Positions 13,331 through 26,545 of a DNA stretch of 45,066 bases are shown in pieces; within the stretch, counting starts at the first letter, position 1; every line of letters starts with the position of its first letter. The position numbers were made by a program, and so were the translations under genes. The notes beneath the pieces were generated by a model. It was not told the DNA's origin and made no database searches. It worked only from the letters and a program-made list of their open reading frames with translations. The DNA is from Octopus bimaculoides (lineage: Eukaryota), in assembly GCF_001194135.2 (NCBI RefSeq), contig NC_068992.1:30348268-30393333 (forward strand), read 5' to 3'.

Positions 13331-13655
13331 ATATATATATATAAACATATACGCGCACGTGCACACACACACATACACACACGCACACACTCACACATAC
13401 ACATATATATACATCCATACAAAATATGCATTTGTGCATATAAGAGGACAAGAAAGGTGAAAATAGCATCTATCTATAATATTTATTCTCCTGTCAAACA
13501 TGCGCATTGTTTCTCGTAGGAGCAGAAGTAGATGAAAAGAAGAGGCAGATCCTGTGGCAACAAAGAGAGGGTGTTGGTGATGGCGTCTCGTCCTCCCTTC
13601 ATGCAGTCTTCTTGTTCGGTTTCAAAGCGCTCCACTCCATCATCGCACAGGGACC

Positions 13656-13735
13656 TCGGTTTATTTTGCCGAACCGCTAATTTGCGAGGATGAATGCACA
13701 ACACAAGCACTGATGTGGAATAAACACAAACACAA
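13656..13735 (-). mobile_element. Short fragment of the CORE-like SINE 3' body
   Basis: Reverse complement contains ttagcggttcggcaaaataaaccga, as in ggttcggcgaaagagaacga of the 37.9-kb copy. Confidence 0.55.
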
Positions 13736-15524
13736 CGACACACAACACACACACATAAATAAATGCATATATATATATATATATATATATANNNNNNNNN
13801 NNNNNNNNNNNNNNNNNNNNNNNNNNNNNNNNNNNNNNNNNNNNNNNNNNNNNNNNNNNNNNNNNNNNNNNNNNNNNNNNNNNNNNNNNNNNNNNNNNNN
13901 NNNNNNNNNNNNNNNNNNNNNNNNNNNNNNNNNNNNNNNNNNNNNNNNNNNNNNNNNNNNNNNNNNNNNNNNNNNNNNNNNNNNNNNNNNNNNNNNNNNN
14001 NNNNNNNNNNNNNNNNNNNNNNNNNNNNNNNNNNNNNNNNNNNNNNNNNNNNNNNNNNNNNNNNNNNNNNNNNNNNNNNNNNNNNNNNNNNNNNNNNNNN
14101 NNNNNNNNNNNNNNNNNNNNNNNNNNNNNNNNNNNNNNNNNNNNNNNNNNNNNNNNNNNNNNNNNNNNNNNNNNNNNNNNNNNNNNNNNNNNNNNNNNNN
14201 NNNNNNNNNNNNNNNNNNNNNNNNNNNNNNNNNNNNNNNNNNNNNNNNNNNNNNNNNNNNNNNNNNNTATATATATATATATATATGGATACTCACACAG
14301 ACACACACACATGCACATTATTCTTGTATTCTTTCTGAGATATTTGTACGTCATTATTGTATTTAGTTTAATGACAAAGAGTTTATGTTGCGCTGTTACA
14401 TACTCTGGTGTGTATAACATGGAGCCGTTTCTATCAATATTGATAATATGTTCGAAAATAATGCCGTTTCTGCAAAATGATTTATGTGGAAAATTATTCA
14501 ATGTGTATTTGAGAAATATGATGAGAAATACAGCATTGCATACATCAGCTAAACAATCTGAGAGTAATTTGTATAAATATTACGAGGACCAGTGGCCAAA
14601 ATAACATATCACGCTGTCAATATGTCTGCGAAATTTTACAATTATATATTAAATATTTTGTCAATGATGGAACTCGGCCATGGATTTAAGCTTTAATATG
14701 TTTCAGTTGATACTATCTGAGCATTTATGAATAATGGAATTATACAGGCGCCATTCAATATAAGCTCCAAGTTTTATGCAAATTGAATATTACAAGAAAT
14801 TATTAAAAAATAATACAAAGAATATATTTGCAATCCAGTGAATCTTTCACTGAACACAGTGATGCGACTTTTCGTGAGAACACGATAACACGTGAATATT
14901 TTGGCGCCAGAAGTGATCCGAGTGTAAAAGCGATTTTGAAATTGATTATGAAATAATTGAAATGCGAAAAAGTAGAGAGTTTATTCAGAGTCAGTCATTG
15001 TTTTGATTATATGAAGACAACTATACTGATAAATATAGTGTATAATGTATAGGAAACCAATATCTGTAATAATTTTCGTTTTCTGCACATTACTTCCAGT
15101 AGTAATTGTAGTGGTTTTAGTTGAATCATATTAACACTAACTTAGCAATTTTTCTTTTTACCTCTCTTTTATACGTCCATGATACTGAGAATTAAAAACT
15201 GAAACACATTGCCTTAATCGATACCCGCTTTTGAATTTCAGAGTCAATACGAGATGCGCGATAAAAAGTGTACGGATAGCCACTGAAAATTTGAATGTCG
15301 GTAGAGATTTCAGAGAATATAAATAATAGTAACGTCAGTTTTGAATGACTGCAAACATGAATATATATGTACAATCGTGTGTAGTTTTAGAATATTCCAC
15401 TCGCTAGACGGTAAGAATAAAATATTGTTAATAATTTTATTAACAAACGAATTCTAAGCTACACAAGAAGAATCGTTATTAACGTACACTGACTAGTCCT
15501 AAGTCAATATACGTCTCTGTTTAT

Positions 15525-15736
15525 GGCGGCGAACTGGCAGAAACGTTAGAATGCCGTACGAAATGCTTAGCGGTATTTCGCCAGTCTTAGTGTTCTGAGC
15601 TCAAATGCAGTCGAGGTCAGCTTTGCCTTTCATCCTTTTGGTATCGATAAAGTAAGTACCAGTTGCATACTGGGGTCGATCTAACCGACTGCCCCACTCT
15701 CCCAAAATTTCTCGCCTTCTGCCTAGAGTGGAAAGG
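15525..15736 (+). mobile_element. Nin/Deu-domain-like SINE, copy 1 of a tandem pair
   Basis: Degenerate tRNA-like head ggcggcgaactggcagaaacgttag...gttctgagctcaaat. Central ctttgcctttcatccttttggtatcgataaagtaagtaccag resembles the Deu/Nin core CCTTTCATCC...GTCGATAAA.TGAGTACC. Confidence 0.8.
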
Positions 15737-15753
15737 TATATCTTTCTGTTTAA

Positions 15754-15966
15754 GGCGGTGAACTGGCAGAAACTTTAGCACGACGGGCGAAATGCTTAGC
15801 GATATTTCGGCTGTCTTTACGTTCTGAGTTCAATTCTGCCGATGTCGACTTTGCTTTTCAAACTTTCGGCGTCGATAAATTAAGTATCAGTAGCGTAGTG
15901 GGGTCGATCTAATCGACTAGCCTCCTCCCCCAAAATTTCGGGTCCTATGCCTAGAGTAGAAAAAAA
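15754..15966 (+). mobile_element. Nin/Deu-domain-like SINE, copy 2 of a tandem pair
   Basis: Collinear end to end with copy 1, about 20-25% diverged by eye. Confidence 0.8.
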
Positions 15967-16759
15967 TATATTATTCTGTTTGAAATTTCTTGCTATGATT
16001 AAATTTCCATCCTCGTATCCATCGAGCACTTTTCATGCAATTAATTACCTTAATTAAGCACGTATTCCGATTGGTATACGTATAGCGGTCGTTCTTTTAG
16101 ACTTTGAGTGCTAACTGAATAGAGTGAATAGCAATTCAAACTATAAATTCCACAACGCACTAATATCACTCATTTTCAAATCCTAACTCTAATTGTTTAT
16201 CTTTAGTTTAAGATTCTGAGGATTTATTCAGTTTACGTCGATGTGAAAATTCTCTCAGGCGGTTGGTGTGTTTTCAACTAAAATAATGATGTATGTTTCT
16301 TTCTATTTAAGTCAAGAAAGTACAAAAAATACTTTAGGAGACCAATAAAAGTATCTGTTGATAAAAACTTAATGAAAGACTCGAAATCAAAGGAAAAGTC
16401 AAATTTAGTGTTGTTTGTTTTTAAGCATCATCATACACTTTTAACCTTGAATACGCACACACACACATTCACATACACACATAGGGTAAGCATCTTGTCT
16501 AAAACCTGGTGAAAGCATAAACCGAAAAAGTTAGTTACATAGAAAAATATCTATTGTAGATACGTAAATTTCGTATGATATATAGTTTAGCTCTTCATCA
16601 GTAACATTTTTCAAAAAGTTTTCGCAGAATTACATTAAGTTCATTATTTCAAAGACCACGATACAAACATAAAACGGAATGTTATCATCCTTTATACATG
16701 GATTCAAAGACATAAAATTTCAAATACTTAAGCGAGAGTTTAAGACGTTATGACATTTT

Positions 16760-16930
16760 CTGTAATCTCTTCAAGTAATAATAAAACCGTATGTTCAATG
16801 AAGAGAATTTGCAAACCTCCTTTGGAGCGATGGTTGCTTGTCTGTATGGCCTGTATAACACAAAATTAATATCCTCATTAATAAAATGTTCGCTTAAATT
16901 AAAATGTGGAGAATTTCTTTCAGTTAAGAT
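16760..16930 (-). mobile_element. Possible Penelope-like ORF N-terminal remnant
   Basis: FNLSEHFINEDINFVLYRPYRQATIAPKEV in ORF 16748..17236 weakly resembles the PLE motif NLS...L...E..VL..GL.F.I.PK. Confidence 0.3.
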
Positions 16931-17094
16931 AATGGTTAAGTATCTTGTTTCTCTTTTATTTTCGCTTTGAGATAAAATGTCTTCCTCTTCGGCTAAGCAC
17001 TTCTTAGAAGTTAATGAGAAAGTCATGGAAGGCTTACAAATCTTACATGTATATACGAACACACACACATATGCACACACACACAAACACACGC

Positions 17095-17175
<81 letters not shown>

Positions 17176-17914
17176 CGCTTGATAGTCCGATATTAATATA
17201 TGATATGCATTTTACATTAATAAAATGGTTTCCCACATTTAGAACATCACCAAAAAAATTGCTAAAATTCTATATTCCCAAACAAAAATACCAGAAACAA
17301 ATAATCTGTCATATAATTTTCTTAAATTAGCTTCTACTGTTCAATGTGTAGCACACAACATATACATATATATTTCTTGTAGCCGCCATGTTACGAAGCT
17401 ATTCCGTTGAATATTTAATTTTACATAATGCATCATCACTCGAATATATAACTTTAGCTCATGATACAATATAAATGAACTAAGTCAGTATTTCCGAAAT
17501 TATTAGGATTCATATTTAGTTTGTTTTTATACATTTTCACCTGCTTTGCTATGTCATTTATCGGAAGCTTTTTTATGATGATATTTTGGTTGGAGTTCTG
17601 TTTAGAAGTAACACAACCATGCTTGAGCAAGTTATTGTAATAAAGACTTGGATTCTAAATCCAAAATTCTATTTCCAAGCGCAGTACATCTAGGAATGTA
17701 TTACCTAACGTAATGTCTCTTATATGTACGTGACAGTATACTAAGTAAGAAAGAGGCAGGTACAATTTTCAAATTTTTCACAGAGGGTGACACGTATTTT
17801 TGGCATCTTATATTGATGCATGTTCTTTTGTCGAGCGGTACGATTTGGATTCAGTAAAATAAAATATTTACATCGGAATTTACTTATCATTGAATGTGCG
17901 CCAGGGAAAATTCG

Positions 17915-17948
<34 letters not shown>

Positions 17949-17950
17949 CT

Positions 17951-18008
17951 GGCGGTACCCCACCATGGCCACAGCCTCCTTAGACTGGAACAAGTAAAAT
18001 AATTAAAA
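17951..18008 (+). mobile_element. 3' terminal fragment of the CORE-like SINE
   Basis: ggcggtaccccaccatggccacagcc...gactggaacaagtaaaa parallels the 3' ends at 38060-38105 and 10950-10990 (reverse). Confidence 0.6.
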
Positions 18009-20254
18009 AAGAATTCGTACGTACATACATACATACATACATACACACCTATATGCATACATACACATATGTCTGTGTGCTTATGTATGCAGTAAGTATA
18101 GAAAACTATTTAGAAATAATATATCAAGGGATAAATAGAAGGCCTGCAGAGAGAATGGATGAGATAATGGATGGATAATGAGAAGGATTCACTGAAAGGA
18201 AGGCAATATTCCATTAACGGTCAAGATTAACGGAAAGTGGTCGTTAGAGAAAGTAGAGAGTACCAAGCATTTTACATAAAATCCAAAGAGAAACACATAA
18301 ACGCATGTGTATTCATAGGAAAGCAGGCTCCTAGATAGACACATATGTTCAGATAGAAAAACAACGTAAATTGAAGAACTGTAAGCAGATAAAAATATGC
18401 GCAGCTGGAAATTCGGAAGCGATTTGATACAGAAGCTGCAAAAGAAGTAGTAATCTCTAGAACACTTTATAACACACAACCAGATCTCTCTAAAATCAGC
18501 TAACATAGAGCATATGACTGAGAGGTCCAATGAAAAGGCAGCTAAATAATAGAACGTTCAAGAAAAAGTAGTCACTGAAATTCACTTTCATCATAACATA
18601 GCCTCTGAACAATATCACTCTTATGTAGCATTACTTGCATTGCATCTAACCGAAATGTTTTCCTAAGCCTGTATTGCATTTGGTCATAATGATGCGTCTT
18701 GGGGACTGATTCATCAAAGGGAAAAGAGCGACAAAACCAATGTTATTTGTAGTTATCATAAAGACTGAAATTACATAGTCTATCTGCTAGGATACAAAAC
18801 TGATTTGAAAGTAGAGCATAAAGATCATCACAAACAGTGTGCGTTCTACTATTTAGATGCTTTACCGATGAAGGAATTCATTTCGTAATGTCGAATATAT
18901 TATTCTATCTGAAGTCGAAATTCCCCCCCCCCTCTCTCTATATATATATACATATGTATATCCATTTATTTATTTATTATCTATCCATCTTTATACAATT
19001 CAGAAGATGATAGGTATTCTCCTGTCATCATTAGTATTAATATTAAACAATTTTGTTGATAGTGTTGTAGTGTTTTGAATACATTATTTTAAAGAATATT
19101 TCAACTGCTTAAGAAAGAAATTTACATAGCTAGTCTTTCATAATCCGTCAATTCATACCACTGGAAGTGTCACTCTTCTAAATGGATAAGATAGTCGGTT
19201 TCTTCTGTCAAAGTTATGATATACCCAGAAATATATAATTAAAAACACTTTAGTATATTTGTCACTAGGAAACTCTATAGAGTAAAGCAGCTTTTGGTAC
19301 ATGTGTTGGTTTTGATCACATAGTACGAAATATGTAAAAATTATTTCTTAACCTCATTGTTTAGGCAGAATAAAGATTACACTTACATCTCAGTAAATCT
19401 GCATATTATGTAATATCTCATATTAATAATTCACATAGACTAAAGATAAATGTTGCCTTTAAAATTTCAGGTGAAATTGTCTCTGCTAGATATCAGTATT
19501 ATTGTGCCTACATCACATCTGATATAAAATGATATTACTATATATCGATCGGAATTAAAAGCGTGTCGATTGTAGAATAATATTTGCTTATCTATGTGAA
19601 AAATAGCTTTTATATATAGCAGTTACAACTTGCCAAGTCGTAACACAAAATGGCAATTATAAAATACATGCCTAAGTCAGGAAGCACTAGGAATCAGTGT
19701 CTGTGGCCTTGCATTGGTGAGTTCACCAATGAAGACAAAGGCGAACGTTAATGGTAATCATCAATCAAAATAAACATCACCAGCTTCAAATTTCTATGGC
19801 TGTGTCATGTGAACGGCTTGCCATGCATTCTCAATATTATTCGATAATTACTGGGATGAGAAGAAATATAGCCTATTATTAGTTTGACAAAGATGCTACA
19901 AGAGTTCAAGAAAGTCTCCTTTATCAAAGATATCTCAAGTGAATATAATAATTTGGAGAGCAAAATTGGAATAAGCGAGAGATAAGAAGATAAACTTTGA
20001 ACGAAATTAATATTTCGCTTCAAATATACTTAGAAATATGGGAAAGTTTAAATAATTATCATTTACTGCGTGTGTGCAGCAGTATGATGAACAAATACCA
20101 TACAGCCTATGCAATAGTATGATAGTCAAGTCATAGTGTAGGGAATGTAAAGCATAACTGATTTCAATTTGCTCTGACAAATGGGATTTACAAATTTTTG
20201 GCTATATATATTTAAGTTACATATATATGCGTTGCTTTTTTCTTGTCTTTTTAG

Positions 20255-20381
20255 GAATATGAAATTACTAGGAGTGGATTCCTTGTACCTTCACTCCCGT
20301 CCCTTTCAGTCGGATCGTACGCCACGCATAGAATACGGCGACTGCATACTACCGCCCCTCCCAACCACCAGTTGCAAAGTG
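20255..20381 (+). CDS. Candidate isolated coding exon, product unknown
   Basis: Strong acceptor gcttttttcttgtctttttag|G at 20254/20255 and possible donor GTG|GTATGC at 20381/20382. GC is well above background and two frames are open (e.g. NMKLLGVDSLYLHSRPFQSDRTPRIEYGDCILPPLPTTSCKV). No recognised homology. Confidence 0.25.
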
Positions 20382-20727
20382 GTATGCTAGTTAACCCATT
20401 GCTGGCACCATTACCGTTGCTACCACCCTCGGTGTGTGAGACGCATGCAGTGACTAAAGCATTGGGGTCAGAGGGGTTGGAGGGAGAGAAACAAGGAGTT
20501 TATAAATAATAGGAAAACTTCGAAAGTGTTTGGGGACGGATAAGTGAATTTGTTGTTCCTCAAAGACGTAAAGAACAAGCACGATGCAGCGGGGGTGAAC
20601 CAGCATATACTGTCGGACCCCGCTATTGATTATTTCTCTACTTTGTTTTTTCTCCTCCGCATCGCTCTCATTAATTAGTGCAAATCTCCCCATACAGATG
20701 TAATAATCCTTATCTTTTACTAGTACC

Positions 20728-20776
20728 GTTTCCGATGAAGGGATACATCGAATTTTCCCTGAAACAGCTGTAAGAC
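20728..20776 (+). ncRNA. Minimal type I hammerhead ribozyme-like motif (PLE dimer type), U4>C variant
   Basis: GTTT-CCGATGA-AGGGA(loop)TCCCT-GAAA-CAGCTGTA-AGAC. Stem I GUUU/AGAC, 5-bp stem II, palindromic stem III ACAGCTGT, predicted GUA cleavage at 20770-20772. Confidence 0.65.
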
Positions 20777-20834
20777 ATTCTACATTAAATATAAATTTAT
20801 CTATTTATGCTATTGATCTCTTTATCTCATTCTT

Positions 20835-20943
<109 letters not shown>

Positions 20944-21419
20944 ATAGATATATATATGTATATGTATATAGATATATATGTATATGTATATAGATATGTA
21001 TATATTTATGAAAGTTTGAATTTTTACATATATATACCTAAGTTTATATGTATGTATATATATACGCATGTGCATGCATACTATACAATATATATAAACA
21101 TACACACTCGCATACGCACACACATATATATATAAATGTATATATGTATTTGTGTGCGAGCGTGTATATGCGTGCATGTGTTGACGTTGCAAACGATAGA
21201 GAACGGACTGAATAGAAATTTTGGAATACTTCTTACTCTAAGAACTTATTGATGCGTTTCTCCCCTATAAGGATTCAGAGGAAATGAGCAAGTAAATCTC
21301 GGCTTGCATATGTAAAGAACATTGTGAGCAGATCCTGCAAAAGTGATGTAGCTTGTCATGTTTTTTCCTATTTATTTCTTGTTCCTTGCCAATTTTCGTT
21401 CTACATTTAATATAACTTC

Positions 21420-21730
21420 CAGGAGGTTCACGGTCGGTTACTCTCGTGTCTATCAAAGTCAAAATCAGTGTATATGCTACCTTGAAATCTCACCACATCA
21501 CGATCTGTTTACGGAACATCATAAAGCTTGTTGTCAAAAGTCAGCGCTTTTGTTTCCTGCAGGACATATGCCTTTTAAAATCAGAGAGCCTCTTGTACGA
21601 AGAATTTACCATAATCAACGCAACTAAGGTTGCAAATGATTATAATCTAACAGCAGGCATTTCAGACGACATAGAAAGAATATTACAAAAGAATTTAAAC
21701 CACTTTTCCAGTCAAGTATTTGGAGTTTAC
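21420..21730 (+). mobile_element. Possible highly decayed RTE-type LINE RT remnant
   Basis: TKVANDYNLTAGISDDIERILQKNLNHFSSQVFG weakly resembles RTE FADD..L.A.SEEDLQ.....FS....FG. Motif identity is low. Confidence 0.25.
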
Positions 21731-22914
21731 TATGAACGCGTGCAGTCTGTGCATGTGTGTGTATTCAACTTGTGTGCGTGTGTGTGTATGTGTGTGTGTG
21801 TGTGTGTTTGTCGTTTGTGTTTGCATTTGTTTGTGTCCGTGCGTGTCTGTATTTATAGGTGATCTCATGTAGTACGAGGATGACTTCGTAGCCGAATGGA
21901 TTTATGGCTTTGTCCTGAAATTATCGTAACTTCGAAAAGGAAACGTGCAAGTCTAAGCTAAAACAGTATACAGGTTGGCACTAATGTTCGGCAAAATTTC
22001 GTTTGTTGACAGTTTTATGCATCGTTGATTACACCATCAATGGAGTATAATCTCATGTATACACACATATATAAATATACATATACACACATACATATAA
22101 ACGTACATACATTCTAAACTTCTCATACATGTGAGTGAATGTAGTGTATTTAAATTTTGCAGTTTCTGAAATAGTCTGTAAGAACTCAATCATATTTCTT
22201 GTCTTCTTTCGCTAATGTTACTTATACAAGTGTCTATTAAGAAGCATGTTACTACAAACAACAACATTGGAGGCACCACTCTGTTTGTTACCAATATTGT
22301 CAATATAAAATCAAAGCCAGGCGTGAGGGATTTTTTTCTCAAAGGGATAAATATCCAATTAATAGTTTATCTTCCAGGGAAAGTATTTCTTGATTAAGGA
22401 TTAACTACGGTATATAAGTTAAATTAGCTTCCTGAATTTTCATTTCGTCCATGTTGCAATGATTTTGGCTTTCCATTTCGATTTAAAATTCGCAAACGAT
22501 GGCTACATATGTGCATAAATATTGACATACAGGTCCTTCATACATCTTGGAGGTAATATATCATTGTTGTTGTTGTCGTTGTTATTGTTGTTGTCGTTGT
22601 TATTAGACCTGGATTCTTGCGTGCCTCTTGCTCTTTATTCGAAAGCATAATTGGTATCTCCATAAGTTAATTGTTTATTTTCTTACAAAACGCTCTTGAA
22701 AACATCACCATTCCATACGTCCGGTTTGTTTATTTGTGTGTAAATATGGTGAGTAATTTCCAAAGAAAAGTTTCTGTTCATCTTGGAGAAATAAGCTTAT
22801 AAAAGGATATAGCGACGCAATCTTTCCGAAACACACGGATCAAGAAGTAAGAGTTAACTTTGATATTTAGATATAAGACGTCTGAAAACCTTCCGTTTTC
22901 TTGCCTCAAATGGA

Positions 22915-23945
22915 TGGAGGTGTGAGTATGCCCTAGCTAATGATGGGCAGACATGCACTGAAGCTGCAATATGTCCAGTTTTTCCTTTGAAGGTGAGCAG
23001 GTGTGGTCGACAATCATCAGGTAAGATATTCCGCAGCTCTTCTCATTTGACGCGTCTACGCTGTTGGATTCAGCGTAGACCGATTAAAAGCGATGAACTC
23101 CGAGGAAATTGCACAATAGAGTTCTATAGGGTTTTGGTATGGCCTTGAGCGACAATGTTCTCGTTGAAACTCTATGTGTCCTGAGGTCTCAATGAGCTGG
23201 TCATTTCTTTTTCTGGAGGACTTTTGGACCTGAGCCTATGGACAATTTCCAGAAAATACCCGGCCTAGCAGAGCCATTAGAGAGCTCTACCGGTTTGCGA
23301 TGGACTCCACAGGCAGTGGATTTCTCTTTTATGCACATGAATGAGATGTGCACAGTGCGATGAAACCGTTTTGCATTCACTCGGCCAGTGCCCAGATATT
23401 GCTGACTCGTGAAGCTTTGTCGGTCAGCTGTTGACTCATGTAGGACGGATCCGGCTACTAACCAATTCCATCGTGATATTCGCCCGTCCGCCTTGTTTTA
23501 GCCGGGAAGAGAAGGTAGCTCTCCTCTTCCTGGTGCCTCTGGCGAACGTGGTAGTGTGGTAGAAAAGGTTGAAAGGACAGAACACAGATACTTTACTCTT
23601 GCCAAACCTTCATCGATTTTCCATGTTCCACTTGCAAAGGAAATGAAAGATGGGGTGTGAAGTACTCCCGCACCACAGTTTCCGTTGAAAAGTGGGTGAA
23701 AATGGCGAAAATGGCCTGGGTGGATGGGTCTACTTTTCTCATACGCTTGTAGAGGGGAGAAACACCTGCAGAGATGCCTCAGGTGGTCGTTTTAACCAGG
23801 TTCCTCGATTGTCATTGGGTGGGACTCAACGTCTCGTTTGGGAGAATTTTATTGTTCATTGTTCTTGCACTCAACTCCACTTGGCCCTTCTTTTGTATTT
23901 TCCCTTTTTGTTTTGATTGGATCTTGAGGCCAATGAATGACAGAT
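22915..23945 (+). mobile_element. Tx1/L1-type LINE, decayed ORF2 C-terminus with zinc knuckle and 3' UTR
   Basis: GGVSMP*LMMGRHALKL..., TFGPEPMDNFQK..., RCAQCDETVLHSLGQCPDIADS*SFVGQLL...LANVVVW*KRLK (CxxC..ET..H....C and later W..R motifs). Multiple stops and frameshifts; runs into (TCC)n/(ATC)n. Confidence 0.75.
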
Positions 23946-23969
23946 CCTCCTCCTCCTCCNNNNNNNNNN

Positions 23970-23992
23970 ATCATCATCATCATCATCATCAT

Positions 23993-24024
<32 letters not shown>
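23970..24024. repeat. (ATC)n microsatellite
   Basis: Direct. Confidence 0.95.
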
Positions 24025-25160
24025 CGTAAATTTCGATATGAGATATTCGAATAATATTGTCGTCCTAAAAATTTGAAAACTTTCTAGCCGTGATATGCTG
24101 TGTACTTTGCCAATGGACGACATTTTAATCAATTTTGCGATGTTTTATGTTCACGGCATCATAGAACGTAATTCTCGTATCTTAAACTGAAGGATCAATT
24201 TTGAACAAACTGCGTATTTTCCATCTTCATATTTTTTAGTGATTTGGGTGTTTTATGCGTCCTTTGACGTTATGATATTGCCAGTTAAGTGACATGATTT
24301 GGCTTTGATATCCCATCGTTTTGCATGTATCTTTTACCTCGTATGTACCTAAAAATCCCAATATAACCACACAGATTTTATAACACATTCGCTTAGAAGT
24401 GTTTAAACAACTGTAATGCACTTAGGGTTTTATTCTCTTTGCAGTATACAAGCCTTACTTCATGATATAATCTGACGTAATCATTGGGGCATTTACAGCG
24501 TGTTCGATAATCTCATAAACTCGTGTGGGTATATAGTCATCGAACATTTTCTGCATCTGAATATATAAGGCTATATCCTTCCAACTTAACTGTGAAGTTT
24601 TTTTATCAGTGATCTTTCGAGCTGTTTGGTGGTTTTGTTTTTCATAATGCAGCTGATGCAAATGTACATGCAATTTTATAAAGAGATAACTTAGTCGCCA
24701 TGTTCTGTTCGATTTAACCATTTTTTTTCGGCTTTGAATTTAATTTTTCAAAAACTATTTTTGTATTCGTCTTCCCTGCAAATATGTATATGTATATTGT
24801 TTCCCAGTTGTATTGTGAGTGCAATACACGTCGGTTTTTATAAGGGATAAATTGATTTCTTTTTTGTTGCTCAGGACAGTAATAGACGCTCTAAATACTG
24901 TGTTTTTGCAGATAACAAACCGTGTTTAAATATTTTTACTTAATTCTATTTAGCTATATAAATGCGATTTTTCAGATTATGTAGATAGAATGTGATTTCA
25001 GATAACGTGCAATTTCAGTATTGAAATATGACATATTACGTTAACTTGCATGGTGAAAATGCAAATTGATTATAATATTTTAAGTTATCTATATTCGGGT
25101 GACTTGCAAAGAAATATATAAATTAGAAGTAGTTTTATAATATTCGAAAAATAATCATTG

Positions 25161-25322
25161 TGGTAATTCTTACGCGTCCTAGGTTTAAATCGCACCGAGG
25201 ACAATTCTGCTTTCATCCTCTATTAGGTTAATAAAATAAAGAACAGATGAAACAAAGGGACCGATGATATCGACTTACACCCTCGCTTATAACTGAGGGC
25301 TTTGTGCCTAAATTAAAGACCA
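25161..25322 (+). mobile_element. Highly diverged Nin/Deu-like SINE
   Basis: gtttaaatcgcaccgagg...gctttcatcctc...aataaaataaagaac...gggaccgatgatatcgactt...tgtgcctaaa, collinear with the 15.5-kb copies. Confidence 0.6.
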
Positions 25323-25872
25323 TTCCTTCCTATAGTTCTTCTGCTTGTAGCAAATAATGCTAATATTTCTATGAGTGGTATTTTTGTTGCATATATTTAT
25401 ATATATTTTGAAAATTCAATAAAATATAGTTAACCTTTGCTGAAAACATTTAAATGGCTATATATTACAGAATTTTTATTAGCACAAAAGATATTTATAT
25501 TTTGACAGAATTGAAAATGCTGCTGGAAGATATTCGATTATTAGAAAATAGTTTCATATGCTGGAAGCAAATGTATATGATTCCGATAGTGAGTACATAT
25601 ATTTAAACGAGCTTATAAGCCATACGTCAAATATTACGTGCATGCGTGCTTAGATATTTACCGATATTTGAACATTTGCAGAATTTAAATCGCAGCCGAA
25701 CTGGTTTTATTTTACTCTGAGCAGCTGTTTTGATTGAGGAGGCAAGTAAGTGAATGTGTCTTCATTGATCTGAGATGTGGAAGCCAAACAACGTAATAGT
25801 GAGATATATATGAATGTATTTGTATACAAAATTGTAAAGGCGCTTATGTATGTATGTATGTATGTATGTATG

Positions 25873-25903
<31 letters not shown>

Positions 25904-26274
25904 CTATTTATTTATCTATCAATCTATCTAACTATTATCTATCTATCTGTATATAGTGATGCATAATTTAATATCTATATAGATATACGTCTATAATTGT
26001 ATGTAACGCTATCTATTTACCTATCATTATGAAAATGTAATATAGGTATTTTGTTATCTGTGAGAGTGTATGCAGTACATTCTGCAAATGAAGTATAGCC
26101 CTAATCGTATGCTTAGATAATCGTATGCTTAGATAAATTGCTAGTTTTCTAATACATTGTCAATTAGCATGTTCATTTCTATCACTAAATTACGCTGATA
26201 CTTACATATGTGTGTACGCGCGTGTGTGTAAGTCTGTGCAGGCCTGTGTGTGTGCGCGCGCATGCAACCCCCCC

Positions 26275-26307
<33 letters not shown>

Positions 26308-26488
26308 CATTCAAGTATAGACATGCATATGTATGGACATAAATATCATTCATACAAATATATAGATATATGTATGAAGTTCAAAATTTCTATTACAAAT
26401 TGTGAACTGTGGAAATGGAATGAAATTTAAATGAATCACTTATTATGTGATACAAAAATGATGCTTAATTATTTAAAAATATCATGTG

Positions 26489-26545
26489 GGCGGGAAGCTT
26501 GCAGAAAAGGTAGGCGCCAGTAAAAATGCTTAACGGCAGTTTTAT
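26489..26545 (+). mobile_element. Head fragment of the Nin/Deu-like SINE
   Basis: ggcgggaagcttgcagaaaaggtaggcgccagtaaaaatgcttaacggc aligns with ggcggcgaactggcagaaacgttagaatgccgtacgaaatgcttagcgg. Confidence 0.5.

Noticed and set aside
15516-15981. CRISPR-like or other prokaryotic array
   Set aside because: The DNA is eukaryotic and the repeats are SINE copies, with no repeat-spacer regularity.
16555-16606. Hammerhead on the minus strand (CTGATGAAGAGC...CGAAAT)
   Set aside because: Stems I, II and III do not pair convincingly.
19714-19733. 9-bp inverted repeat cattggtga-gt-tcaccaatg; similar tgctaaat-g-atttagca at 10553-10569
   Set aside because: Short palindromes are expected by chance in 45 kb and have no supporting context.
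24455-24721. 88-aa ORF as a transposase or gene fragment
   Set aside because: No recognisable motif or splice context.
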